This document shows, piece by piece, positions 44,256 through 53,133 of a stretch of 64,000 nt of DNA. Positions within the stretch are counted from its first letter, which is position 1. Every line of letters begins with the position of its first letter. The position numbers and the translations under genes are program-made. Location of the stretch: the IMG/VR virus record IMGVR_UViG_3300045996_002876, positions 1 through 64,000 of that record; one strand, written 5' to 3'. This DNA comes from a virus. The notes below the pieces were generated by a model. That model saw only the letters and a list, made by a program, of their open reading frames with translations, did not search any database and had not been told where the DNA came from.

Positions 44256-44494
44256 GCCACGTCTCCTGTTTCCGGCGGCGGCGGATAGGCGATGTCCAGG
44301 GCGATCCGGAGCTCGGCCCCGGTGAGGACCACGACCCGCCCGTCCGCCAGTTTGAACTGGCCCCGCCGGTTCAGCTCGTCGTAGTACGAGAAGGCGTCCC
44401 CGTAGGTCCGGGCGGCCCAGTCGCTCATCCGTCCCCAGGAGCGGATCTTCATCCCGACCTCCCGGAGGACCTCGTTCTCTTCGTAGAAGGTCAT
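44252..44494 (-). CDS. Hypothetical protein
   Basis: ATGA-coupled, 80 aa. Confidence 0.55.
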   Translation of the reverse strand: MTFYEENEVLREVGMKIRSWGRMSDWAARTYGDAFSYYDELNRRGQFKLADGRVVVLTGAELRIALDIAYPPPPETGDVA

Positions 44495-44712
44495 CCCCGC
44501 GCGTCCTCCAGGGCCCGCCGGAGCCCGTCGTTGGTCATGAGTTCGTCCACGCACTCGCCCAGCCGGTCCGGGCCGGCGTCGAACCGCTCCCGCCACTTGT
44601 CCAGCCGGCGGATCAGGCCGGCGTCGGCGTCCCGCGGGCTGACGGCCGTCCGGCGGGCGGCCGCCCAGTTGTGCAGGACCGTGCCCAGGTGGGCCAGCAT
44701 GTCGGGGCTCAT
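44491..44712 (-). CDS. Hypothetical protein
   Basis: ATGA-coupled, 73 aa. Confidence 0.55.
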   Translation of the reverse strand: MSPDMLAHLGTVLHNWAAARRTAVSPRDADAGLIRRLDKWRERFDAGPDRLGECVDELMTNDGLRRALEDARG

Positions 44713-44885
44713 TCGTCCTCCAGCTCGATGACCACCGGGCACCAGGCGTTCGGGTCCTCCAGGTACCCGGCGATCCGCTCGAGGGCCCGCCGGCGGATCA
44801 GGGCGTACCCGTCGACCGAGTCCGGGTCGGTCCCGGCCGGGACGTCGACCTCGACCCCGGCGTCCAGGTAAACAACAGCTTTCAT
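44709..44885 (-). CDS. Hypothetical protein
   Basis: ATGA-coupled, 58 aa. Confidence 0.55.
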   Translation of the reverse strand: MKAVVYLDAGVEVDVPAGTDPDSVDGYALIRRRALERIAGYLEDPNAWCPVVIELEDE

Positions 44886-45280
44886 CCGGCCTCCACCCAG
44901 GTGTGCCAGTCGGAAATCCGGACGAACGCCAGGGGGAGCTCCTTGGCCGGCGGGGTCGCGTCCGGGTCGATCACCCCGTACAGGCCGACCCCGAGGATCC
45001 AGTCGTCGGCCGCCGTCGAGCACCGGCCGGGCCGCTCGTCCTCGTCCCCGGTGTAGATCAGGACGGCCCGGGGGCCGCTCCCGTACTTCTCCCGGAGGCG
45101 GGCGAGGAAGCCCGGGTTGTCGTCCAACATCCGGGTGGCGACCTCGGACGGGAAAGCCCCGTCTTCGCCCTCCGCCTCAAGCCGGGCGGCCGACTCCCGG
45201 TACAGGGCGTCGGCGGCCGCCTGGTCGTCGTCCTCCAGGACCACCCCGAAGGCCACGTTCGCAAAGTAGTCGGTCGCCAT
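44882..45280 (-). CDS. Acidic hypothetical protein
   Basis: 132 aa, first gene of the coupled early array. Confidence 0.65.
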   Translation of the reverse strand: MATDYFANVAFGVVLEDDDQAAADALYRESAARLEAEGEDGAFPSEVATRMLDDNPGFLARLREKYGSGPRAVLIYTGDEDERPGRCSTAADDWILGVGLYGVIDPDATPPAKELPLAFVRISDWHTWVEAG

Positions 45281-45391
45281 GCGGGACCCCCAACGGGCGA
45301 GAGCCAGGCCCGCCGACGCGGTCCTGGCTCTCAGGAAAGATACTTGAAAAATCTTAGACCGGCCAGGCGAAAACCCGGGCGGACACTTTGG

Positions 45392-46126
45392 TCAAATGTT
45401 CAGCGGCCGGTACTCGCCCGAAAGGATCCCGTCCCAGAATTCTTTCTCGGCCGCCCCCAGGGCGGCCACCAGGTCGGCCAGGGGGGCGTCGTACCCGAGG
45501 GTCGCGCCGACCGTGTCCGGGGTGACGTGGACGAGGGCCACCCGCTGGCCCGGCGGGAACTTGTCGTGGAAGGACTGGTACCAGCAGGAGGTGGCCCCGG
45601 TGACCAGGAACTGGTGGAGGAGCTGGGCCTTGTAGTTGGCCGGGACCCGGCCGTCCAGGGCGTCCCCGTGGGACTTCTGGTTGGGGGCCTTGATCTCCAG
45701 GAAGGCCCGCCGGCCGGCGTGCCACCCGTCCAGGGACACTTTCAGGTACTCCCGGCGGGCGTGGTGGCCGCACACCGGGGGCATGGCCACCCCGGTCAGG
45801 GCCTCGAACTCGGCCCGGGCCACCGGCTCGAGCTTCTTCCCGCGGTTCTTGGCCGAGTCGTTCTTCCCCTCCCGCTCGGCCATGGCCGCCCGGATGGCCT
45901 GGAACTGGGCCGACGAGATGGGGGCCCGGTGCCCCCAGTACTCGACCAGCTTCTCCTGGAACAGCTGCTCCCGCGTCTTCCACGGGGACTCGCCCAGGAG
46001 GGCCGGGGCGTCGGACGACCCGAGCCCGGTCTTCCGCCAGTCGAGCCAGGCGTCGGACGCCTGGTCGAGGTCGACGATCTGGAAGTGGTCGTGGCCGAAG
46101 GCGTCGGCCGGCGGGTGGTAGGCCAT
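45392..46126 (-). CDS. YqaJ/lambda-exonuclease family protein
   Basis: WLDWRKTGLGSSD, SPWKT, RGKKLEP, SLDG, LEIK and YKAQL motifs. Confidence 0.92.
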   Translation of the reverse strand: MAYHPPADAFGHDHFQIVDLDQASDAWLDWRKTGLGSSDAPALLGESPWKTREQLFQEKLVEYWGHRAPISSAQFQAIRAAMAEREGKNDSAKNRGKKLEPVARAEFEALTGVAMPPVCGHHARREYLKVSLDGWHAGRRAFLEIKAPNQKSHGDALDGRVPANYKAQLLHQFLVTGATSCWYQSFHDKFPPGQRVALVHVTPDTVGATLGYDAPLADLVAALGAAEKEFWDGILSGEYRPLNI

Positions 46127-46170
46127 GCGGGGCGGCGGGGGTTGGGGGCCCCGCCGCCCGGCGAGACGGG

Positions 46171-46623
46171 TCAGCGGGCGGGCGGGGCCTTGGGGGCCTT
46201 GGGGTCCTGGATCATCTTGGCCATCTCGGCCTCTTGCGAGCGAGCGTTCTCAAGATGCTCCCTCAGATTCTTACCCAGGATGTCAACCACCACCCCGGCC
46301 GGCGAGTGGCCGGTCAGCTTGGACGCCTCGAACAGGGCGCTCCTCATCCACGGGGGGAGGGCCCCGACCTCGATGGCGTCGGCCCGCCCGGACGCCTCCT
46401 CGACGGCCAGGGCCGTCTCCAGGAGGCTCAGGACGGTCCGCGAGAAGGACCCCTTGGTCCGGTCCTTGACGGACAGGACCCGCCGGAGGAGGTCCTCGTG
46501 GCCGTCGAACATGATCGACTTGGTGGTCTGGAGCCCGTCCTCGTCCGGGCCGTGCGGGCCGCCGGCCCGCGGGGGCGGGGGGCTCATCCGGGGGTGGGGC
46601 GACTTCTTTTCGGTCATGATCAT
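46171..46623 (-). CDS. Putative repressor with tandem ribbon-helix-helix domains
   Basis: First leftward gene at the divergent switch; two beta-helix-S.S/A..V-helix units. Confidence 0.5.
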   Translation of the reverse strand: MIMTEKKSPHPRMSPPPPRAGGPHGPDEDGLQTTKSIMFDGHEDLLRRVLSVKDRTKGSFSRTVLSLLETALAVEEASGRADAIEVGALPPWMRSALFEASKLTGHSPAGVVVDILGKNLREHLENARSQEAEMAKMIQDPKAPKAPPAR

Positions 46624-46654
46624 CGGGTCCCCGTCGGGTCAGGCGACGGCTCCA

Positions 46655-46684
46655 GTTATAGTCCGGGCGTGGACGACGTGTCCA
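46655..46684 (-). promoter_or_regulatory. Leftward switch promoter
   Basis: TGGACA-18-TATAAC. Confidence 0.55.
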
Positions 46685-46728
46685 GGCAAATCCCGGGCCG
46701 CGGCCGGCCGAAACGACCCTCGGGGCGG

Positions 46729-46744
46729 CAAAGTGTACACTTTG
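46729..46744. promoter_or_regulatory. Perfect 16-bp operator-like palindrome
   Basis: CAAAGTGTACACTTTG between the divergent promoters. Confidence 0.7.
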
Positions 46745-46749
46745 GCATG

Positions 46750-46805
46750 TCTGGAATCTCAAGAATTATCCTTGACTCTCCAGAGCGGCCGCGTATCTTA
46801 CCCGT
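46750..46805 (+). promoter_or_regulatory. Rightward switch promoter with operator-like site
   Basis: TCTGGA-atc-TCAAGA then TTGACT-16-TATCTT-ACCCGT, same architecture as 38804-38839. Confidence 0.65.
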
Positions 46806-47111
46806 GTGAGCTACCTATCCCCCGGCGACCGGCCCCCTGGCGGGGGCCTGTGGCTCGCCGACGAGTTCCTCTGGGACTGCCTGCCGCGGCTGACCCCGCT
46901 GGCCGCCTACGTGTACCTGGCCGTCGGCCGGCACGCCTCGAAGTACCAGTACCCGACCGTCCGGGAGCTGGCCGTCGAGACGCTCCGGAGCGAGGCCCTG
47001 GTCCGCCGGGCGGTCGACCAGCTGGCCGCCCAGGGCCTCCTGAATTCCTCGGACCTCGCGGTCATCCTCCGCCCGACCACCCCCGGTGAGACCCCCGATT
47101 CCCATGAGTGA
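46806..47111 (+). CDS. Winged-HTH DNA-binding protein
   Basis: LTPLAAYVYL...YPTVRELA...S...VRRAVDQLAAQGLL. Confidence 0.75.
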   Translation: MSYLSPGDRPPGGGLWLADEFLWDCLPRLTPLAAYVYLAVGRHASKYQYPTVRELAVETLRSEALVRRAVDQLAAQGLLNSSDLAVILRPTTPGETPDSHE

Positions 47112-48093
47112 GCAGTCCCCTTCCCAGTCCGCCCCGGGCGCCATTCAGAACCCGCCCGAAACTGTCCAGACCCCCGCCCCGCTGGCCGTCGCCGTCGCCG
47201 CCGCCCCGCCCCCGGTCGTCCTCCCGGACCGCCCGTTCAACGAGGCCACCGCCTCCCTGGTCGAGCTCAAGGAGGTGGCCCGGCTGATGGCCGCGTCCAG
47301 CCAGTTCAAGGACGTCCAGGCCAACAACCCGGCCACCGCCTTCGCCAAGATGATGGTCGGGCGGGACCTGGGGATCCCCATGACGCGGGCCCTGGTGGAC
47401 GTCCTGATCATCCAGGGGAAGCCGACCCTGTCGGCCAACCTGATGGCCGCCATGATCAAGAAGTCCGGCCGGTACAAGTACAAGAAGCTGGCCCACACCG
47501 ACCAGGAGTGCCGGATCCAGGTCTGGGAGAAGGTGGACGGGGTGTGGGAAGACCTGGGGGTGTCCGAGTTCACCCTCAAGGACGCCGAGAAGGCCGGCCT
47601 GCTGAAGAACCCGACCTGGAAGAACTTCCCGAAGAACATGCTGTTCAGCCGGGTGATCTCCAACATCGCCAAGCAGGAGTGCGGGGACGTGTTCCTGGGG
47701 AGCGTGTACACCCCGGACGAGCTCGACGCCTCGATCGAGGTGGACGAGGGCGGCGACCCGGTCCTGCCGAAGGCCCAGGTGACCCGCGTCCGGAACAACG
47801 CGGCCCAGGAGGCCCCCGCCTACGTCCCGGAGTGCCCATCCCCCAAGTTCACCACGCGGGAGAAGGACATGGAGGTCACGGACGCCGAGATCATCGAGGC
47901 CCCGGCCGGGGAGGAGACCGTCCACACGGTGGCCGCCGAGGTCGAGGCCCTGGCCGCCCAGACGGCCTGGGACCTCAAGGGGTTCCTCAAGCAGCACCGC
48001 CTGACCCGGCTGACCAGCCTCGACCTGACCAGCCTGAAGAACACCCGGAACAACCTCCGCCAGCGGAAACTGGCCGGGGCCGCCGGGTCCTGA
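47104..48093 (+). CDS. RecT/Redbeta-like ssDNA annealing protein
   Basis: GRDLGIP...IIQGKPTL...DAEKAGL..NPTWKNFPKNML.SR...YTPDEL. Confidence 0.85.
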   Translation: MSEQSPSQSAPGAIQNPPETVQTPAPLAVAVAAAPPPVVLPDRPFNEATASLVELKEVARLMAASSQFKDVQANNPATAFAKMMVGRDLGIPMTRALVDVLIIQGKPTLSANLMAAMIKKSGRYKYKKLAHTDQECRIQVWEKVDGVWEDLGVSEFTLKDAEKAGLLKNPTWKNFPKNMLFSRVISNIAKQECGDVFLGSVYTPDELDASIEVDEGGDPVLPKAQVTRVRNNAAQEAPAYVPECPSPKFTTREKDMEVTDAEIIEAPAGEETVHTVAAEVEALAAQTAWDLKGFLKQHRLTRLTSLDLTSLKNTRNNLRQRKLAGAAGS

Positions 48094-48154
48094 CCAAAGT
48101 GTGACCCTTTTTTGTCGCCCCCTTACCATCGCCCCGACCGAGAGAGAAGCCTTC

Positions 48155-48688
48155 ATGTTCGAGCCTGTTGACCGCCAGCCCTACCGGGCCGAGATCACCG
48201 ACCAGGGGACGACGGAGTCCAAGGACGGGACCCCGATCGTCAAGATCTACTGTCGGGTCCTGGGCAAGCCGGGGGCGAGTGACCCGGACGCCCTGGTCGA
48301 CCCCCTCCCCCACGGCCAGCGGCCGGAGGTCGAGGTGGTGACCTTCCTGAACGAGAACGACGCCAACTGCGGGTTCCGGGTCCGGGACCTGGTCGAGAAC
48401 CTGGGGTGGGACCCGGCGACCGGGCTGGAGGCCCTGGACCCGCGGACCGAGGGGTACCTGAACGTCGTCGGCCGGATGGTCACCATCGCCCCGGCCGTGA
48501 AGGGTGAGAAGACCTACTGGAACTTCTGCCGGACCGAGCGGAAGCTCAAGCGGTTCGTCGGGGACAAGCCGCTCGAGAACCTGAAGGCCAAGAAGGCCGG
48601 GATCCTCCAGCGGTACCTGGACCTCCAGAAGAAGAAGGACGACGCCCCGGCGATGGCCGGGGCCGGCGAGTCGGCCATCCCCTTCTGA
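48155..48688 (+). CDS. Putative ssDNA-binding protein
   Basis: Y.A.I...ESKDGTP; C-terminal IPF; between annealase and primase. Confidence 0.6.
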   Translation: MFEPVDRQPYRAEITDQGTTESKDGTPIVKIYCRVLGKPGASDPDALVDPLPHGQRPEVEVVTFLNENDANCGFRVRDLVENLGWDPATGLEALDPRTEGYLNVVGRMVTIAPAVKGEKTYWNFCRTERKLKRFVGDKPLENLKAKKAGILQRYLDLQKKKDDAPAMAGAGESAIPF

Positions 48689-48714
48689 AAAACAGTTCGC
48701 CCATACCACTGAGT

Positions 48715-48751
48715 AGCCGACGGGGCGTGCCTCCAGCACGCCCCGTCGGCT
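48715..48751. repeat. 16-bp perfect palindrome, loop CTCCA
   Basis: AGCCGACGGGGCGTGC-CTCCA-GCACGCCCCGTCGGCT. Confidence 0.85.
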
Positions 48752-48769
48752 TCTCCGGAGCCTTTCGGC

Positions 48770-51262
48770 ATGAGTCACGAGGTCCCGGCCCACGTCGCCG
48801 GGCTGTTGGCGCGACTGAGCAACGTCAGCGAGCAGGGGTCGGGGTGGGTGGCCCGGTGCCCGTGCCCGGGGCATTCGGGCGGGAACGGGGACCAGCACCC
48901 GTCCCTCCGGGTGGCCGTCGGGGAGACGGGCCGGGCCCTGGTCCGGTGTCGGACGGGGTGTGAGACCGACCAGGTCCTGGCCGCCGTCGGCCTGTCCTTC
49001 CAGGACCTCCTCCCGGCCGGGGGGGAGGCCGCCTACTTCCGGACCGCCCGCGAGGCCAAGGTCCTCCGCGAGGACGAGGCCGCGGCCCGCGACCGGGCCT
49101 ACCGGGCCATCCTGGACCGCCTCGAGCTCGAGCCCGACCACCTGGCCCACCTGTTCGGGCGGGGCCTGGACACCCGCCAGGTCGAGGCCGCCGGGTACAA
49201 GTCGATCCGGGCCGGGACCTTCCTGGCCGCCTGCAAGGCCGTCAACCCGAGTTTCGACCCGGCCGCTTACGACGGCCCGGTCCCCGGCCTGCGGCTGGCC
49301 GGCAAGGACACCCTGTGGTCGGGGCTCCTGGTCCCGGTCCGGGACCCCCTGGGGCGGGTGGTGGCCCTCAAGGTCCGCCGGTTCGCCGGCGAGCCCCGGT
49401 ACTGCTACGTGTCCGACCCGGAGGCCCCGAGCGGGGCCCCGTGCCACTGGCCCGAGGTCGGTCACCCGGACTGGCGGGAGAACACCGTCCGGGTGACCGA
49501 GGGGGAGCTCAAGGCCGACGTGGCCACCCTCAAGTCGGGGACGCTCACCCTGAGCGTCCCCGGCGTCGGGAACTGGAAGCCCCTGATCGACCAGGTCACC
49601 CGGCGGTTCCGGGAGGGCCTGTTCGAGCTCACCTTCGTCGTCGCCTACGACTGGTGGGACGTCCGCGAGAAGGAGGGCGTGCGGGCCCAGGCCAGGGCGT
49701 TGTTAAACGCCCTGGCCGGCCTGGGGGCCCAGGTGGCCCTCGAGTACTGGCACCACCGGGAGTACAAGGGCGTCGACGACCTCCTGGCCGCCGGGCACAC
49801 CCCGGACCGGGTGGACGGGCTGGAGAACTGCCTGGCCCTCCTGAACGCCCTGGACCCCAGGCCCCTGGGGGTGGCGTGCGTCAAGGTGGTCGAGGAGGAC
49901 GACCTGCCCGACCCCGAGGACCCGTGCGAGTTCCCGGTCAACGTGTTCCCCCCGCGGGTCCGGGCCTTCGTGGAGAACGTCTCGGAGGCCACGGACGCCC
50001 CGGTGGACTTCCCGGGGTTGGCCACAATTGTTGTTGGGGCGACGGCCCTGGGGGCGGCCCGGCGGATTAACATCAAGCCGGGGTGGTACGAGAGCCCGAT
50101 CTTTTATTCCGCCGTCATCGCCCCGCCGGGGGCCAGTAAGTCGCCGGCGATCAACCGCGTCCAGCGGCCGATGGTGGCCCGGCAGGCCGAGCTCCTGGCC
50201 CAGCACGACCAGGAGGTGGCGGCCTGGCGGGCGAACGACGGGGAGAAAAAGAAAACCCCGCGGCCCGTGGCCCGCGAACTGTTTACGTCCGACCCCACGG
50301 TCGCCGCCCTGACCGCCCTCCTGGCGGCCAACCCCAAGGGCGTCCTCCTCTCGATGGACGAGATCCTCGGGTGGGTCCGGAGCTTCAACCAGTTCAACCA
50401 GGGGGGCAACGACCAGCAGTTCTACCTGACCCTCTGGAACGGCCAGTCCCTGAAGGTCAACCGGAAGACCGGGGACAACCCGATCACGTTCGTCAAGTAC
50501 CCGTACGCGTCGGTCCTCGGGGGCATCCAGCCCACCCGCCTGAACGAGCTCGCCGAGGGCGGGAGGAACGAGGACGGCTTCCTCAGCCGCTTCCTCCTGA
50601 GCTACCCGGAGGTCGGCCCCCTGGCCTACTGGGAGGAGTCCGACTTCGACGGCCACCAGGAGGAGGAGGTCCTGGCCTCCGGGTGGGCCCAGGTGTACGA
50701 CCGGCTCGTCGGCGTGCCCCTGTCCGGGGGAAACCCGGGGGTCGTCTACCTGGCCCCGGAGACCAGGGCCCAGACGGTCCGGTGGTACAACGAGCGGATC
50801 GTCGACCGCATGCGGGACCCGGCGTTCCCGTCCTATCTGACCGGCTTCTTCCTCAAACTCCGCGCGTACTACTTCCGGTTCGCGCTCACCCTCGAGTACC
50901 TGTGGTGGGCCGAGCAGGGCCAGGGGGACCCGCCCATCACGGTCTCCCGGCGGAGCCTGACCCTGGCCGCCGCCCTGTGCGATTACTTCGTCTGCCACGC
51001 CTACCGGGTGGCCGGGTACTCGAACCCGTCCGAGGAGTTCGCCCAGGTCGAGGAGCTCGTGCGGTGGTGCTGGGGGGGTCGGAAGAATGGCCGCGTATCG
51101 GCCCGCGCCATCTGCACGTCAAATAACCCTCGCCTTCCGACCCGGATGACCGAGGCCCGGGAACTCATGATCATCGCCCAGCAGTACGGGAAGGGCACCC
51201 ACCACAGTGAGTTGGACGGGACCAAGGACGTCTTCGTGGCCTCCAAGCCGGAGGGGAAATGA
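48770..51262 (+). CDS. Primase-helicase-like replication protein (Zn ribbon + TOPRIM/DUF3854-like + DUF3987-like)
   Basis: ARCP..H..D.HPSL..C..GC; VTEGELKAD, YD, KGVDD; PGASKSP, DE and DGFLSRF motifs. Confidence 0.85.
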   Translation: MSHEVPAHVAGLLARLSNVSEQGSGWVARCPCPGHSGGNGDQHPSLRVAVGETGRALVRCRTGCETDQVLAAVGLSFQDLLPAGGEAAYFRTAREAKVLREDEAAARDRAYRAILDRLELEPDHLAHLFGRGLDTRQVEAAGYKSIRAGTFLAACKAVNPSFDPAAYDGPVPGLRLAGKDTLWSGLLVPVRDPLGRVVALKVRRFAGEPRYCYVSDPEAPSGAPCHWPEVGHPDWRENTVRVTEGELKADVATLKSGTLTLSVPGVGNWKPLIDQVTRRFREGLFELTFVVAYDWWDVREKEGVRAQARALLNALAGLGAQVALEYWHHREYKGVDDLLAAGHTPDRVDGLENCLALLNALDPRPLGVACVKVVEEDDLPDPEDPCEFPVNVFPPRVRAFVENVSEATDAPVDFPGLATIVVGATALGAARRINIKPGWYESPIFYSAVIAPPGASKSPAINRVQRPMVARQAELLAQHDQEVAAWRANDGEKKKTPRPVARELFTSDPTVAALTALLAANPKGVLLSMDEILGWVRSFNQFNQGGNDQQFYLTLWNGQSLKVNRKTGDNPITFVKYPYASVLGGIQPTRLNELAEGGRNEDGFLSRFLLSYPEVGPLAYWEESDFDGHQEEEVLASGWAQVYDRLVGVPLSGGNPGVVYLAPETRAQTVRWYNERIVDRMRDPAFPSYLTGFFLKLRAYYFRFALTLEYLWWAEQGQGDPPITVSRRSLTLAAALCDYFVCHAYRVAGYSNPSEEFAQVEELVRWCWGGRKNGRVSARAICTSNNPRLPTRMTEARELMIIAQQYGKGTHHSELDGTKDVFVASKPEGK

Positions 51263-51585
51263 GAGCCCTGCCCCGGCTGGTGACCCGGCTGTGCATGATC
51301 CACGACGCCTGGGTGGTCGGGTCGGCCGCCCAGCCCGGGGCCGGCGAGGTCCGGGACTACGACGTCCTGGTCCCCTGGCCCCGGTGGAACGAGGCCGCCC
51401 TCCTGGTCCCCCGGGACGCCCGCCCGAACGCCTTCGGCGGGTGGAAGTGCAAGGACGTGGACGACACGCTGGGGCGGGTGTTCGAGGTCGACGTGTGGCC
51501 GGACGACCTCGGGCGGTTCATGACCTGCGCCCTGGCCGCCCACGCGTGGCACCCGCGGTCGGGTAGCCGGCTCGCGAAAGTGTAA
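51259..51585 (+). CDS. Minimal nucleotidyltransferase-like protein
   Basis: WVVGSAA...RDYDVLV and a later VDVW match the pol-beta hG[GS]...DxD...D signature. Confidence 0.55.
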   Translation: MRALPRLVTRLCMIHDAWVVGSAAQPGAGEVRDYDVLVPWPRWNEAALLVPRDARPNAFGGWKCKDVDDTLGRVFEVDVWPDDLGRFMTCALAAHAWHPRSGSRLAKV

Positions 51586-51588
51586 CAC

Positions 51589-51741
51589 GTGTTCCTGGAC
51601 GACGAAGTTTGGCGGCTGTTCGCGTCCGACGCCGGGCCGGGGGTCCTCTGGTCGGCCGCCCCGGCCCTGCTCGTGTTCGTCGTCCCCGTCCTGGCCCTGC
51701 TGTGTGCGGTCGTCTGGGAGTGGCTTACCGGAGGCCCGTGA
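51589..51741 (+). CDS. 50-aa membrane peptide
   Basis: Translated by hand: MFLDDEVW...ALLVFVVPVLALLCAVVW. Confidence 0.5.
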   Translation: MFLDDEVWRLFASDAGPGVLWSAAPALLVFVVPVLALLCAVVWEWLTGGP

Positions 51742-51944
51742 TGGACGAGGTCGACTACCCGTGGGACCGGCCGGAGGCCCTCCTGAAGCGCCTTCTCGGC
51801 CTACTGGACGCGTCCCGGACTGGGCGAGTCGGGTCCGAGGCGGGGCCGAACGGGGTCCACAAAGGCCTCCTCGAGTTGGAGCGGCGGGGACTGGTCCGGA
51901 GGGTCGGGAAGGGGAAGGGGGTTGTCTGGTGGGAAAAGGTCTGA
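51738..51944 (+). CDS. Small winged-helix-like protein
   Basis: LLELERRGLVRRV...W. Confidence 0.5.
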   Translation: MMDEVDYPWDRPEALLKRLLGLLDASRTGRVGSEAGPNGVHKGLLELERRGLVRRVGKGKGVVWWEKV

Positions 51945-52345
51945 GCCCGAGCCTGTTCTCGTTGGGGGAGGTCGCCCTGGCCTCGGGCGGGACGGCCGAC
52001 TGGAAGATCGACTGTGACCACCTGACGGACGGGGACTGGGCCGCCCTGGCCCTCCTGGCGTCCCGGTGGGTCCCGCCGTTCTTTGAGGTCCACGGGGTCC
52101 CGCGGGGCGGCCTCCGGTTCGCCGAGGCCCTCCAGAAATACGTCACCCCGGGGGCGTACCGACGGCTGGTCGCCGAGGACGTGGTCACGACCGGGCGGTC
52201 GGCCCTGGAGTTCGCCAAGACCGTCTCCCCGCCCGAAGACCTTTGGCCGTTCGGGTACCGGACCGTCGGCGTGTGCGTGTTCGCCCGCGGGGCGTGCCCC
52301 GACTGGATCCGCCCCCTGTTCCGCTTCGAAGGAGGGCGCCCGTGA
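51929..52345 (+). CDS. Type I phosphoribosyltransferase (OPRT-like)
   Basis: LASG..DWKIDC, GVPRGG and LVAEDVVTTGRS (PRPP motif); start uncertain. Confidence 0.8.
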   Translation: MGKGLSPSLFSLGEVALASGGTADWKIDCDHLTDGDWAALALLASRWVPPFFEVHGVPRGGLRFAEALQKYVTPGAYRRLVAEDVVTTGRSALEFAKTVSPPEDLWPFGYRTVGVCVFARGACPDWIRPLFRFEGGRP

Positions 52346-52527
52346 AAGTACCCCCGGATGTGAAGGAGGCCGCCGCGAAGGTCCTGGCCGCCCGGGACAC
52401 GGACGACGACCTCCGGGCCCTGGGCGGGCCGCTCTTGTGGAGCACGGCGGAGGCGTTTTACGCCCTGCTCGACGCGGGGGAGGTCCTGGCGACCTGGGTC
52501 AAGGCCCGAGCGGAGGCAGACGCGTGA
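52342..52527 (+). CDS. Hypothetical protein
   Basis: GTGA-coupled, 61 aa. Confidence 0.5.
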   Translation: MKVPPDVKEAAAKVLAARDTDDDLRALGGPLLWSTAEAFYALLDAGEVLATWVKARAEADA

Positions 52528-53102
52528 CTTGTATCGTCGGGTTCGTGGAGCCGTCCGGCCGGGTGGTGGTCGGCGGGGACTCGGCCGGGGTGGCCGGCCT
52601 GGACATCCGGGTCCGGGCGGACGAGAAGGTGTTCCGCCGGGGCCCGTTCCTCCTGGGGTTCACCACCTCCTTCCGGATGGGCCAGCTCCTCCGGTACTCC
52701 CTCCAGGTCCCGGACCAGGGGGAGGAGTCCGACTACGAGTACCTGGTCACCCGGTTCGTGGACGCCGTCCGGAAGTGCCTGAAGGACGGCGGGTACGCCA
52801 CCAAGACCAGCGACCAGGAGGCCGGCGGGACGTTCCTGCTCGGGTACCGGGGGCGGCTGTACACGGTCGATTCGGACTACCAGGTGGCCGCCCACCACGA
52901 CCCGTACACGGCCGTCGGGTGTGGGGCCGACTTCGCCCTCGGGGCCCTGGCCGTCCTCCGGCCGAAGAAAGAGTTCGCCACGGACCTCGGCCCCGTCTTC
53001 GACATCCCCGGGGAGGTCCCGGTCAAAAAGGCCCTGGAGGTGGCCGAGAAGTTCTCGGCCGGCGTCCGGGGGCCCTTCACGATCCTCGCGATGAACTCTT
53101 GA
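52524..53102 (+). CDS. HslV/proteasome-like Ntn peptidase
   Basis: N-terminal (M)TCIVG...GGDS, KVF, AVGCG..FALGAL and GVRGPF. Confidence 0.8.
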   Translation: MTCIVGFVEPSGRVVVGGDSAGVAGLDIRVRADEKVFRRGPFLLGFTTSFRMGQLLRYSLQVPDQGEESDYEYLVTRFVDAVRKCLKDGGYATKTSDQEAGGTFLLGYRGRLYTVDSDYQVAAHHDPYTAVGCGADFALGALAVLRPKKEFATDLGPVFDIPGEVPVKKALEVAEKFSAGVRGPFTILAMNS

Positions 53103-53126
53103 CTATCAAGAAAAATCCTGAACAAT
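53097..53126 (+). promoter_or_regulatory. Operator palindrome and candidate promoter for the polymerase
   Basis: TCTTGA-cta-TCAAGA containing TTGACT. Confidence 0.6.
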
Positions 53127-53133
53127 AGGCGTC

